From Acidimicrobiia bacterium (GTDB lineage Bacteria; Actinomycetota; Acidimicrobiia; IMCC26256; JACDBD01), in contig JBPCMN010000085.1 in NCBI GenBank assembly GCA_051002235.1, forward strand, positions 3,787 through 67,786: DNA of 64,000 nucleotides, written 5' to 3'. Below are positions 51,575-62,613 of the stretch, piece by piece. Each line of letters starts with the position of its first letter. The first letter of the stretch is position 1. Below the pieces are notes generated by a model. That model made no database searches. It was not told where the DNA came from and saw nothing but the letters and a program-made list of their open reading frames with translations. Both the position numbers and the translations under genes were made by a program.

Positions 51575-52570
51575 GTGAGGGCGCAGGTCCTCGAGCGGGC
51601 CGCTCCGATCGGGGAGCAGCCGCTGGTGCTCGAGGAGCGCGTCGATCCCGAGCCCGACCCGGGCGACGTGAGGGTGCGCGTGTCGGCCTGCGCCTGCTGC
51701 CGTACCGACCTGCACGTCGCCGAGGGCGATCTCGACCTCCCCCGGCTCCCGATCATCCCCGGCCACCAGGCCGTCGGCGTGGTCGACGCGGTCGGTGCCG
51801 GGTGCACCCGGCTCCGTGTCGGTGCACGCGTGGGTGTCGCGTGGCTGCACCGTGCGTGCGGCGTGTGCCGGTTCTGCACCCGCGGCGAGGAGAACCTCTG
51901 CGAAGCCGCCGAGTTCACCGGCTGGACGGTCGACGGCGGGTACGCCGACGCACTGATCGTCCCGGAGGACTTCGCCGTCCGCCTGCCTGAAGGTGTCTCC
52001 GATCTCGAGGCGGCGCCGCTGCTGTGCGCGGGTGTCATCGGCTACCGCGCGCTGCGGCGAGCCGAGGTCGAACCGGGCGAGCGCGTCGCGCTGCTCGGGT
52101 TCGGCGCCTCGGCGCACCTTGCACTCCAGGTGTTGCGCCATTGGGGCTGTGACACGGTCGTCATGACCCGGGGCGAGACCCATCGGGCGCTGGCGCGCGA
52201 GCTGGGCGCCAGCTGGGTGGGCGGGATCGAGGACGCTCCGCCGGACGAGTGTGACCGGGCGGTGGTGTTCGCGCCCGCAGGGAAGGTGGTACCGGTCGCG
52301 CTGCGAGCGATCCGGCCCGGGGGGACGGTCGCGCTCGCCGGCATCCACATGACCACGATCCCGCCGCTCGACCACGCCCTGCTGTGGCGGGAGCGCTCGC
52401 TGCGCTCGGTCGCCAACATGACCCGGCGCGACGCCGAGGAGTTCATGGCGCTCGCCGACGACGCGGGCGTGCGCGCTTCCTACGTGACCTTCCCCCTCGA
52501 GGACGCCAACGACGCGCTCGCTGCGATCGCGTCCGACGCCGTGCGCGGGGCCGCCGTGCTGACGCTCTGA
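51575..52570 (+). CDS. Zinc-binding alcohol dehydrogenase family protein
   Basis: CACCRTDLH, PGHQAVG, CGVCRFC..GEENLC, APLLCAG, GFGASAH. Confidence 0.9.
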   Translation: MRAQVLERAAPIGEQPLVLEERVDPEPDPGDVRVRVSACACCRTDLHVAEGDLDLPRLPIIPGHQAVGVVDAVGAGCTRLRVGARVGVAWLHRACGVCRFCTRGEENLCEAAEFTGWTVDGGYADALIVPEDFAVRLPEGVSDLEAAPLLCAGVIGYRALRRAEVEPGERVALLGFGASAHLALQVLRHWGCDTVVMTRGETHRALARELGASWVGGIEDAPPDECDRAVVFAPAGKVVPVALRAIRPGGTVALAGIHMTTIPPLDHALLWRERSLRSVANMTRRDAEEFMALADDAGVRASYVTFPLEDANDALAAIASDAVRGAAVLTL

Positions 52571-53032
52571 TCAGGCGGTGGCGCGGAAGCGCCAGCCGTA
52601 GGTACTGACGCCCTCGAACGAGCCGTCGCAGTCGTCTTCGGGGGCGGGATCGGTCTTGCTCCGGTAGTACACGGTTACGGTGTGCGTCCCGGGCTCGAAC
52701 TCCTCGAAGACGTATCCGTCCTGAGGCTGGAAGGTCAACGTCGCTGTCGGGGAGTCCTCGCCGTCGAGCTGGTCGAGCGGAATGCACACGCCGTCGATGT
52801 CGAGGCCACCGGTGAGCCCATCGAGGAGGTCGACCGAGACGGTGATGCGCCGGTCGGCCTGCGTCCCCGGCTCCGGGCTCACGCTCTGGACCGAGGTCGG
52901 CAGCGTGTCCGTTCCGGGCTCGGAGCTGTTCTGCTCGCGCCCGATGAGGTACATCAGGTTCAGCACGACGAGGACGCCGGCCACCACGACGAGGACGCGT
53001 CCCGGGTGGCGTCCGAGGATGCCGTTCGACAT
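52571..53032 (-). CDS. Membrane-anchored protein with Ig-like extracytoplasmic domain
   Basis: N-terminal TM; VQSVSPEPG...ITVSV, LTFQP, PGTHTVTV, WRF; two Cys; TAGCGT-N7-ATG at 53040-53045. Confidence 0.7.
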   Translation of the reverse strand: MSNGILGRHPGRVLVVVAGVLVVLNLMYLIGREQNSSEPGTDTLPTSVQSVSPEPGTQADRRITVSVDLLDGLTGGLDIDGVCIPLDQLDGEDSPTATLTFQPQDGYVFEEFEPGTHTVTVYYRSKTDPAPEDDCDGSFEGVSTYGWRFRATA

Positions 53033-53100
53033 TGCGGCCACGCTAACTGCCGGCCCCTGCCGCGGCGCCTTCGGGAGCGGCCGGTAGCGTGGTGCAGGAC

Positions 53101-54977
<1,877 letters not shown>

Positions 54978-54978
<1 letters not shown>

Positions 54979-55075
54979 GTCGCACTCGCTCGGCGGCAGG
55001 GTACCTGCCGCCGCCCTTCGGGGCGCTCGCCGCTCCCGCGCAATCCTGGCTGTAGGCCGGTGGATGGCAGGCCTT
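54978..55075 (+). repeat. Interspersed hairpin repeat, copy 3
   Basis: Starts at the last base of the kinase stop codon; hairpins CGGCGGCAGG/CCTGCCGCCG, CGCCC-TTCG-GGGCG and AGGCC/GGCCT. Confidence 0.95.
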
Positions 55076-55117
55076 CCGGCGGCGGTAAGGTCCGGCCTCT
55101 CAAATTCGGGAGGTCAG

Positions 55118-56002
55118 ATGGGTGCGCTCGACGGGCGAATCGCGATCATCACCGGCGCCGGCCGCGGCCTTGGGCGCGAGCATGCGCTGCTGTTCGCGTC
55201 CGAAGGTGCACAGGTGGTCGTGAACGACCTCGGCGGTGACATGGACGGGACCGGCGACGACCGCGCTCCCGCGCAACAGGTTGTCGACGAGATCAAGGAG
55301 ATGGGCGGGGAGGCGGTCGCCAACGTCGACAATGTCGCCGACTGGGAGGGCGCCCAGCGCCTGATCAACACGGCCATCGAGACCTTCGGCGATCTCCACG
55401 TGCTCGTCAACAACGCCGGCATCCTGCGTGACCGCGTGCTCGTGAACATGACCGAGCAGGAGTGGGACGCGGTTATCCACGTCCACCTCAAGGGCCATTT
55501 CTGCCCCACGCGATTCGCGGCCGGCTACTGGCGGGAGCAGACCAAGGCGGGCAAGGAGGTGAAGGCCTCCATCATCAACACGTCGTCGACCTCCGGCCTC
55601 CTCGGCAACACCGGCCAGGCCAACTACGGCGCCGCCAAGGCCGGCATCGCCACCTTCTCCAATATCGCGGCGATGGAGCTGACGCCCCGCTACGGCGTGC
55701 GCTCCAACGCCATCGCGCCTGCCGCCCGCACCCGGCTCACCGAGCAGACCCCGGGCCTGGAGGACGCGGTCAAGCCGCCCGACGACCCGGGCGCGTTCGA
55801 CACCTGGGACCCGGCCAACGTCTCGCCGCTGGTCGCCTACCTCGCCACCGAGAGCTGCCCCTTCACCGGGACGACGTTCTTCGTGCAGGGTGGCGTCGTC
55901 CGGCTGTTCCAGCCCTGGACCATGACCGAGACGATCGACAAGGGCGACCGCTGGACGGTCGCCGAGCTCGAGAAGGAGATGGTCAAGCTCCAGAAGTCGT
56001 GA
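55118..56002 (+). CDS. SDR oxidoreductase (3-hydroxyacyl-CoA dehydrogenase/MFE-2-like)
   Basis: ITGAGRGLGR, VVNDLG, NNAGILRD, GQANYGAAKAG, NAIAP; GGGAGG RBS before ATG 55118. Confidence 0.92.
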   Translation: MGALDGRIAIITGAGRGLGREHALLFASEGAQVVVNDLGGDMDGTGDDRAPAQQVVDEIKEMGGEAVANVDNVADWEGAQRLINTAIETFGDLHVLVNNAGILRDRVLVNMTEQEWDAVIHVHLKGHFCPTRFAAGYWREQTKAGKEVKASIINTSSTSGLLGNTGQANYGAAKAGIATFSNIAAMELTPRYGVRSNAIAPAARTRLTEQTPGLEDAVKPPDDPGAFDTWDPANVSPLVAYLATESCPFTGTTFFVQGGVVRLFQPWTMTETIDKGDRWTVAELEKEMVKLQKS

Positions 56003-56061
56003 CCATCCGTGGGCGCATCCGCGGCCCCGGTTAGATTTCCCGGTCGACCAACACGGAGGCG

Positions 56062-56820
56062 ATGGCTGTGACTGACGGCGAGTTCCTCCTCGACGGCTTC
56101 ACCTTCCTGCTCGCGTTCGCGATCGTCCTGCCCCTCGGCCTGCTCGCGCTGGTCGTGTTGGTGCTGGCGGGCGGCCGCGACATCGACACCACCGGCAAGC
56201 GCACGTTCACCCTCTACGTCGTCACGGTGAGCTTCGTCGCGCTGTTCACCGCGCTGATCGCGAGCACCGCGGTCGTGAGCTCGTTGACCGAGAAGATCAA
56301 GGACGACTCCTCCGAGGAGTTCAACTTCGACGACGAGGACTTCGAAGACTTCGAGGACGAGGACTTCGACTTCGACACCGGCGGCGTGAGCGAGAACGAC
56401 AAAGTGCTGCGCGGGGTCGTCCAGGGCGCCCTCGCCCTGCTCGCCGCCGGGGCGGTCCTCCTGTTCCACCACCGCCGTCGCCGCGAGTACAGCGCCGAGC
56501 CGGGCTTCGACGGCAGCGCCGCCTGGCGGGCCGACCGCGCCTACATCTACGTCGTGTGCTTCACCGCGGTGCTGATCTTCCTGTTCGCCGCCGGCTTCGG
56601 GTCGTACAACATCTTCAAGCTGGCCGGACCGGGGGTGTTCGACTCCGGCGACTCGTCCGGCGTCCGCAAGAGCGCCCTTCAGGAGCTGCTCACGCTGGCC
56701 TGGCTCGCGCTCGCCGCCCTCGGAATCTTCCGGTACTACTGGCTCCAGGCGAACCCGAGCCCGGCGACCGGCCCAGCCAAGGCGGCTCCAGCGAAGAAGG
56801 CACCGGCCAAGAAGCGGTAG
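56062..56820 (+). CDS. Membrane protein (DUF5671-like) with acidic loop and PAKK tail
   Basis: About 5-6 TM segments; YVVTVSFVALF / YIYVVCF repeated pattern; Asp/Glu/Phe-rich loop; GGAGG RBS. Confidence 0.7.
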   Translation: MAVTDGEFLLDGFTFLLAFAIVLPLGLLALVVLVLAGGRDIDTTGKRTFTLYVVTVSFVALFTALIASTAVVSSLTEKIKDDSSEEFNFDDEDFEDFEDEDFDFDTGGVSENDKVLRGVVQGALALLAAGAVLLFHHRRRREYSAEPGFDGSAAWRADRAYIYVVCFTAVLIFLFAAGFGSYNIFKLAGPGVFDSGDSSGVRKSALQELLTLAWLALAALGIFRYYWLQANPSPATGPAKAAPAKKAPAKKR

Positions 56821-57726
56821 ATGCCCGTCAGCGATCTCGACGAGCGGCGGCATCCGGTCGAGCACGCCGACGCTCACTGGAGCGACTCGCTCTACTTCAA
56901 CGGCTTCGATCGCGAGACGGGTGTGTGCTTCCTCACCCGGATGGCGGTGCTGCCCAATCAGCCGGGTGCCAACGCGCTGTTCATCGCCTGGGTCGACGGC
57001 GTGCCCGGCTACGGCTACTACCGAGAGCTCGACCATCTTCCGAGTGCCGATTGGGACGCGACCACGATCGAGGGCGTCGGCTACCGGATGCTCGAGCCGC
57101 TCCGCCGCTGGACGCTGAAGCTCGACGACGGCGACAGCAAGGCGTTCCTCGAGTTCGACGGGGTCGGGCCGTGTTTCGACTACGCCGACAACGCGGCGCC
57201 GCTGCCGAAGCCGGTCGCGTGGGGTCACTACGAGCAGAGTGGGACCCTCCGGGGCGACCTCGTCCTCCATGGGAATCCGATCGAATTCGACGGCGTCAGT
57301 CAGCGCGACCACTCGTGGGGATGGCGCGACTGGAGCGGGGTGCGCGAGTGGCACTGGGTGACCGGGCTCTTCGGCACCGAGCGGGCGTTCAACCTCTTCC
57401 ACGTCGTCGACGCCGCCGGCAGCGTCAGCGTCAACGGGTACGTCCTCGACCGCGGCGAGGTACACCCGATCGTCCGGGCCGACCGGCGCACGCGCGAGGG
57501 CGAGGGGCGGGTTCCCGAGGGTTACGAGCTCGCGCTCGAGGTCGCCGGGGGTGACCGCTTCGAGATCTCCGCCGAGCGCTCGCACGCGTCGCTGCCGCTC
57601 CAGCCCGGCACCACCACCGTGCAGGAGGCGCCGATGCGCCTCGTCGGCGGCGGCCTGTCCGGCGTCGGCATCTACGAGCTCTTGTTCAACGAGGCCATCC
57701 CTCCGACGACTCCACCCGGGAAATGA
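56821..57726 (+). CDS. Uncharacterised two-barrel enzyme-like protein (AttH/CrtC/tocopherol-cyclase-like fold suspected)
   Basis: HWSDSLYF, HYEQ.G, QRDHSWGWRDW, WHW, GIYE motifs; ATG abuts the upstream stop. Confidence 0.7.
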   Translation: MPVSDLDERRHPVEHADAHWSDSLYFNGFDRETGVCFLTRMAVLPNQPGANALFIAWVDGVPGYGYYRELDHLPSADWDATTIEGVGYRMLEPLRRWTLKLDDGDSKAFLEFDGVGPCFDYADNAAPLPKPVAWGHYEQSGTLRGDLVLHGNPIEFDGVSQRDHSWGWRDWSGVREWHWVTGLFGTERAFNLFHVVDAAGSVSVNGYVLDRGEVHPIVRADRRTREGEGRVPEGYELALEVAGGDRFEISAERSHASLPLQPGTTTVQEAPMRLVGGGLSGVGIYELLFNEAIPPTTPPGK

Positions 57727-57740
57727 CCCGCGGCACCCCC

Positions 57741-57774
57741 CGGGTGGGCTAGTTCGCGCTAGCCCGGAGACCCG
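57741..57774 (+). terminator. Putative intrinsic terminator hairpin
   Basis: CGGGT-GGGCTAG-TTCGCG-CTAGCCC-(GGAG)-ACCCG followed by a T-richer tract, 15 nt after a stop. Confidence 0.4.
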
Positions 57775-57952
57775 ATCTTGATTCCGTTTGCCCCGGTTTC
57801 GCGGCGTTCGGTGGCGGAAGTGCGCGCCTGGCGGCGCCCACGATGCCGCGTCCACTCTGTCCGGCTCGTGGCGGTTCGCACCCGTGATCATGCACATGTC
57901 ACCGCTCGGTCGCGCCATTGGCCGTTCGGGGGTCGCTTCGTACCCTCCCGAC

Positions 57953-58183
57953 ATGCGACGACCTCCCCACGGCGGCACCCACCGACCCGGACTCGTCCGT
58001 CCCGGCAGCGGCTACGGCCGCCCGGCCGGCCGGCCGGGCCCCGACCTCGCCGCCCAGGCCGCCGCCCGCGACCACCAGGCCTGGTGGGAGCTTTCGGCCG
58101 ACCCGGTGGGCGCGGTGGTGTTCGCCGCCACCGCCGCCACCGACGCGACAAAGCCCGGGCTGATCGAGCGACCCGCCAACTAG
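57953..58183 (+). CDS. Putative small leaderless protein (76 aa)
   Basis: TACCCT(57941-57946)-N6-ATG, the same hexamer as the ligA promoter; no recognisable domain. Confidence 0.45.
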   Translation: MRRPPHGGTHRPGLVRPGSGYGRPAGRPGPDLAAQAAARDHQAWWELSADPVGAVVFAATAATDATKPGLIERPAN

Positions 58184-58239
58184 CCTGCCCGGACCGGCGC
58201 GGCGCACCCCCGCGGCCGCGCCGCCAGGAGCGGAGCACA

Positions 58240-59778
58240 GTGGGACCCTCGACGACCGGCCGGACCGCGCCCGGCCGCGCCACCCCACCACACGCCGCCG
58301 GGGGCGACGCCCCGACCGTCCTCGCTGACTACTCCGGCGTCGAGGAGGTCCCGGCAGTCGCCTGGCCTCTCCTCCTGCGCGAGCGCCTCCGGCGCCGGAT
58401 GCGGGAGAGCGACCGCTACCGCTGGTGGGTGCTGTGGACGGTCCTGGCCGGCCTGTTCGCGGCCGGGTTCACGATCACCGTCCTCGCGGTCTCGCTGCCC
58501 ACCATCGCCCGCGATCTGCACGCCGATCCCACCACCCTGACCTGGATCGTCACCGGCCCGTTCCTCGCCCACGCGCTGGGCATGCCGCTGCTCGGCAAAG
58601 TCGGCGACGTCTACGGCCACCGCCGGGTGTACCTGGTCGGCTTCGGGCTCTTCACCGTCTTCACCGGCCTCACCGCGCTGGCATGGAACGCCCCGTCGCT
58701 GATCATCGTGCGCACCATCGGCGCGCTCGAGGGCGCGGCCACCGGACCGGCGTCGATGGCGCTCATCATGCACGCCTTCCCGGCTGAGGATCGGGTGAAG
58801 GCGATGGGGTGGTGGGCGCTCGTGGGCGCCGGCGCCCCAGTGATCGGGCTGGTGGCCGGCGGGCCGATCGTCGACGCGTTCGGGTGGAGGTGGCTGTTCG
58901 TCGCCCAGGTGCCCCTCGCGCTCAGCGCCCTGGTCGCGGCGGCGGTGCTGCTGCACGAGACGCCCCGGACGCCCCGGGTGTCGATCGACGTGCGGGGGGC
59001 GGTCGCGCTGGCGGGCGCGACGGTGCTCCCGCTCCTGGCCCTCCAGCTCGGGCGCAGCCAGGGCTGGACCGGTCCGGTGCCGGGCGGGCTGCTCGCGCTG
59101 GGCGCGGTCTTCCTGATCGTGTTCGTGCGGGTCGAGCGACGGGCCCGCGAACCGCTGCTGCCCCTCGACTTCTTCCGCCGCCGCAACTTCACCGCGTCGT
59201 TGCTGGCCCAGAGCCTCTCGCAGTTCGCCTACATGGGCGGTTTCATCGTCAGCCCGCTGCTCATGCAGAACCGCTTCGGCTACACGGTGGCGGGGACCTC
59301 GCTCATCATGCTGTGCCGCCCGTTGTCGTTCAGCCTGTCGTCCCCGGTTTCGGGGTATGTCACGGTTCGGGTCGGGGAGCGACGAGCCGCGGTCACCGGC
59401 ACCGTGCTGGTCGTTGTCTCGATGGCGTGTTTCGCGCTCGCGGCCGCCCAGGAGTCGGTGCCGCTGGTCGTGCTCGCGCTGTTGCTCTCGGGGCTGGGCC
59501 TCGGGGCGTCGTCGCCCTCGCTGATCACGTCGGCGGCCAACGCGGTGGAGCCCGAGCACCTGGGCGTGGCCAACGCCGCCCAGCAGATGGTGACGCTCAT
59601 CGGGGCGGTGGCGGGGATGCAGGTCCTGGCGACGATCCAGGCCGGTGGCGGGGGTGACGGACGGTTCGCCCTCGCCTACCTGATCGGCCTGGCGGTGGCG
59701 GTGCCCGCGGTCGTGGCGGCCGGGTTCGTCCGCTCGAGCGCGCGCGGCGCCAAGCTGCGGGTTGCCCACGCCGCGTGA
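58240..59778 (+). CDS. MFS transporter (DHA2/EmrB-like), paralog 1
   Basis: GKVGDVYGHRRVYLVG motif A, RTIGALEG, G..AGGPIVDAFGWRWLF; AGGAG RBS before GTG 58240. Confidence 0.9.
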   Translation: MGPSTTGRTAPGRATPPHAAGGDAPTVLADYSGVEEVPAVAWPLLLRERLRRRMRESDRYRWWVLWTVLAGLFAAGFTITVLAVSLPTIARDLHADPTTLTWIVTGPFLAHALGMPLLGKVGDVYGHRRVYLVGFGLFTVFTGLTALAWNAPSLIIVRTIGALEGAATGPASMALIMHAFPAEDRVKAMGWWALVGAGAPVIGLVAGGPIVDAFGWRWLFVAQVPLALSALVAAAVLLHETPRTPRVSIDVRGAVALAGATVLPLLALQLGRSQGWTGPVPGGLLALGAVFLIVFVRVERRAREPLLPLDFFRRRNFTASLLAQSLSQFAYMGGFIVSPLLMQNRFGYTVAGTSLIMLCRPLSFSLSSPVSGYVTVRVGERRAAVTGTVLVVVSMACFALAAAQESVPLVVLALLLSGLGLGASSPSLITSAANAVEPEHLGVANAAQQMVTLIGAVAGMQVLATIQAGGGGDGRFALAYLIGLAVAVPAVVAAGFVRSSARGAKLRVAHAA

Positions 59779-61271
59779 GTGATACGCGGGACCGCCCCTC
59801 CCTCCTTGTCGAGGGTGAGCTCTACGAGGCGGCGCCCTGGTGGATCCGGCGCGCGCCCACGGGACTGCGCCACGTGCACGAGCGCGAGTCGTACCGCTGG
59901 TGGGTCCTCGTCACCGTCCTGTCGGGCATGTTCGCCACCGGGCTCACGATCACGGTGCTGACAACCGCGGTGCCCGTCATACGCGACGACTTCGGCGCCT
60001 CGCTCCCGTCGCTGTCGTGGGTCGTGGGGGCGCCGTTCCTGTTCCGGTCGATCTTCGTACCGGTCTTCGGTAAGACGGGAGATCGTCTGGGCCGCCGCCG
60101 GATGTGGTTGCTGGGCTTCGCGGTGTCGGCGACCGCCTCGCTGTTCTGCGGCTTCGCCCCCAACGTCGGGTTTCTGATCCTGTTCCGAGCCCTGTCTGCG
60201 ATCGGTAGCGCCGCGGTCATCCCGAGCGCGCTCGCGTTGATCGCGGTGGAATTCGAACCCGAAGACCGCGTCAAGGCCCTGGGCTGGTGGTCGGCCACGA
60301 TCGCGGTGGCCCCTCTGCTCGGCGTCATCATCGGCGGGTTCGTGGTCGAGGCGTTCGGGTGGCGCTGGATCTTCTTCGGCCAGTTCCCGTTCAGCGTGAT
60401 CGCGCTCGGCCTCGGCCTCGTGGTGCTCCACGAGTCGACGGGCGATACGGAGGAGCAGTTCGACTTCACCGGGTCGGTCCTCTCGATCGTCGGGCTCGGC
60501 GCGCTGCTGTTGGTCTTCAACCGGGGCATCGCCGGCGACTGGGGTTGGACCTCGCTCCCGCTCGTCACCACCGCGGTGATCGCCGTGACCGCCCTGGTGG
60601 TGTTCGTCCGGGTCGAGCTGCGGTCGCCCGCCCCCGTGCTGCCGGTGAACTACTTGCGGCGCCGCCGGTTCGCGGCCGCGGTCGGGGCCAACTTCGCCGC
60701 CAACTTCGCCTACATGGGCGGGTTCTTCATCACCTCGGTCATGCTTCACGACACCCAGTTGTTCGGGTACCGCACCGATCAGGTCGCGCTGGCCATCTCG
60801 CCGCGAGCGGCGTCGCTGGGGATCATGGGACCGATCGGCGGCTACATGGCCGCCCGCTACGGCGGCCGGCGGATGGCGACCATCGGCATGCTGCTGATCG
60901 TCGCATCGATGATCGCCCTGGCCTTGACCACCGACGGGTCGCCGTACCTCTACATCCTCCCGGGGCTGGTGCTCTCCGGCTTCGGGCTCGGGCTGGTCGC
61001 ACCGCCGTCGGCCGCGACCGTCACCAACGAGGCGGCCGAGGCTGACCTGTCGGCGGCCAGCGGCGCGCTCAACATGGGCGCGTCGATTGGATCAGCGATG
61101 GGCATCGCCACCATGTCGGCGGTGCTCACCACCGCAGCGACGACCTCGGGGCATCCCGGCGCGGGCGCCTTCTCGGCCGCCTTCCTCTTCGGCGCCGCCC
61201 TTTCCGCCATCGGGCTGTTCGCCGCCCTCAACCTCGGCCGCGACACCGGGGGCGCCACGGCGCGAGCATGA
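59775..61271 (+). CDS. MFS transporter (DHA2/EmrB-like), paralog 2
   Basis: GKTGDRLGRRRMW, FRALSAIG, GGFVVEAFGWRWIFF; GTG overlaps the paralog 1 stop. Confidence 0.9.
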   Translation: MSDTRDRPSLLVEGELYEAAPWWIRRAPTGLRHVHERESYRWWVLVTVLSGMFATGLTITVLTTAVPVIRDDFGASLPSLSWVVGAPFLFRSIFVPVFGKTGDRLGRRRMWLLGFAVSATASLFCGFAPNVGFLILFRALSAIGSAAVIPSALALIAVEFEPEDRVKALGWWSATIAVAPLLGVIIGGFVVEAFGWRWIFFGQFPFSVIALGLGLVVLHESTGDTEEQFDFTGSVLSIVGLGALLLVFNRGIAGDWGWTSLPLVTTAVIAVTALVVFVRVELRSPAPVLPVNYLRRRRFAAAVGANFAANFAYMGGFFITSVMLHDTQLFGYRTDQVALAISPRAASLGIMGPIGGYMAARYGGRRMATIGMLLIVASMIALALTTDGSPYLYILPGLVLSGFGLGLVAPPSAATVTNEAAEADLSAASGALNMGASIGSAMGIATMSAVLTTAATTSGHPGAGAFSAAFLFGAALSAIGLFAALNLGRDTGGATARA

Positions 61272-61278
61272 GCGCACC

Positions 61279-62613
61279 ATGATCGACGTCCCCGAGACCC
61301 GGTACGCCACGAGCACCGGTGGCGCCAAGATCGCCTATCAGACCGTCGGCGACGGGCCCCGAGACCTCGTCTACGCGATGAGCGTGGTCTCGAACATCGA
61401 GGTGGCGTGGGAGAACCCAACGATCGCCCGATTCTTCAGACGTCTTGCATCGCTCGGCCGGCTGATCCTCTTCGACAAGCGCGGCTCCGGCGCGTCGGAC
61501 TCGACCGAGGGCCCGGCGACGCTGGAGCACCGCCTGGACGACTTGCGCGCCGTCCTCGATGCCGTCGGGTCGGACGACACGGTGCTGTTCGGCTCCTCCG
61601 AGGGCGGTGCGACGTGCGCGACCTTCGCGGCAACGTACCCCGACCGTACCCGCGCGCTCGTCCTGTACAGCTCGGCGGTGGTGTCGATCCGGGACGACGA
61701 GTGCCCGTGGGCGTGGACGCGCGAGATCTTCGACGCCATCGATGCGAACATCGATACCAACTGGGCGACGGGTGAGGCGCTGGGTTTGATGAACCCGAGT
61801 GTCGGTGACGACGAGCGCGAGCGGCGATGGTACGCGCGGTACTGGCGGCTGTCGGCGAGTCCCGCCCGGGCGAAGGCCATGTTCCGGCTCAACCAGCAGA
61901 TCGACATCCGCCCCGTCCTCGGTTCGATCTCGGTTCCGGCGCTCGTCCTCCACCGCACGGACGAGACGTGGATGACAGTCGAGTTCGGCCGCTACGCGGC
62001 CGCCAAGATCCCGGGGGCGAGGCTCGTGGAGCTACCTGGCGCCGACCACGAGCCCTGGCTCGGTGACGCCGAGGCGGTGCTTGCCGAGATCAGCGAATTC
62101 GTCACCGGCGTGCGCGAATCGCCTGAGCCCGACCGTGTCCTCGCGACCGTGCTGTTCACCGACATCGTCGACTCGACCGGCAGGGCATCCGCGCTCGGTG
62201 ACCGCCGATGGAAGGAGCTACTCGACCGCCACGACTCCGTGGTCCGTCAGCAGGTCGAACGGGCGCGGGGGACCTACGTCAAATCGACTGGAGACGGCGC
62301 GCTTGCGACCTTCGATGGTCCCGCCCGGGCGATCCGCTGCGCGGGCGCGATCCACCAGTCGTTGCGCGGGCTCGGCCTACAGGTCCGCGCCGGTCTCCAT
62401 ACGGGTGAGGTGGAGCTCGGCGGCAACGATGTCGCCGGGATCGCGGTGCACCTGGCGGCCAGGGTGGTGGACCAGGCTGAACCGGACGAGGTGCTGGTGT
62501 CGCGCACGGTGGTCGATCTCGTCGCCGGGTCCGGACTCGAGTTCGCCGACCGCGGAGCTCACGAGCTCAAGGGCGTCCCCGGCGAGTGGCGGTTGTACGC
62601 GGTGAATCCGTGA
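61279..62613 (+). CDS. Alpha/beta-hydrolase plus class III adenylate cyclase fusion (LipJ/Rv1900c-like), paralog 1
   Basis: FDKRGSG, GSSEGG, GADHEPW; TVLFTDIVDST, KSTGDG, GLHTGEVE, DVAGIAVHLAARV, LKGVPG. Confidence 0.92.
   Translation: MIDVPETRYATSTGGAKIAYQTVGDGPRDLVYAMSVVSNIEVAWENPTIARFFRRLASLGRLILFDKRGSGASDSTEGPATLEHRLDDLRAVLDAVGSDDTVLFGSSEGGATCATFAATYPDRTRALVLYSSAVVSIRDDECPWAWTREIFDAIDANIDTNWATGEALGLMNPSVGDDERERRWYARYWRLSASPARAKAMFRLNQQIDIRPVLGSISVPALVLHRTDETWMTVEFGRYAAAKIPGARLVELPGADHEPWLGDAEAVLAEISEFVTGVRESPEPDRVLATVLFTDIVDSTGRASALGDRRWKELLDRHDSVVRQQVERARGTYVKSTGDGALATFDGPARAIRCAGAIHQSLRGLGLQVRAGLHTGEVELGGNDVAGIAVHLAARVVDQAEPDEVLVSRTVVDLVAGSGLEFADRGAHELKGVPGEWRLYAVNP

Noticed and set aside
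53080-53091. GCCGGTAGCGTG, 11/12 match to the RfaH ops element
   Set aside because: It precedes a kinase, not the glycan operon; it is better explained as the CCGG-TAGCGT -10 seen at other promoters here; ops/RfaH is a proteobacterial system.
57884-57902. Imperfect palindrome GTGATCATGCACATGTCAC as a CRP/GlxR site upstream of the cyclase operon
   Set aside because: Half-site spacing does not fit TGTGA-N6-TCACA and the symmetry needs a bulge; too weak without a second instance.
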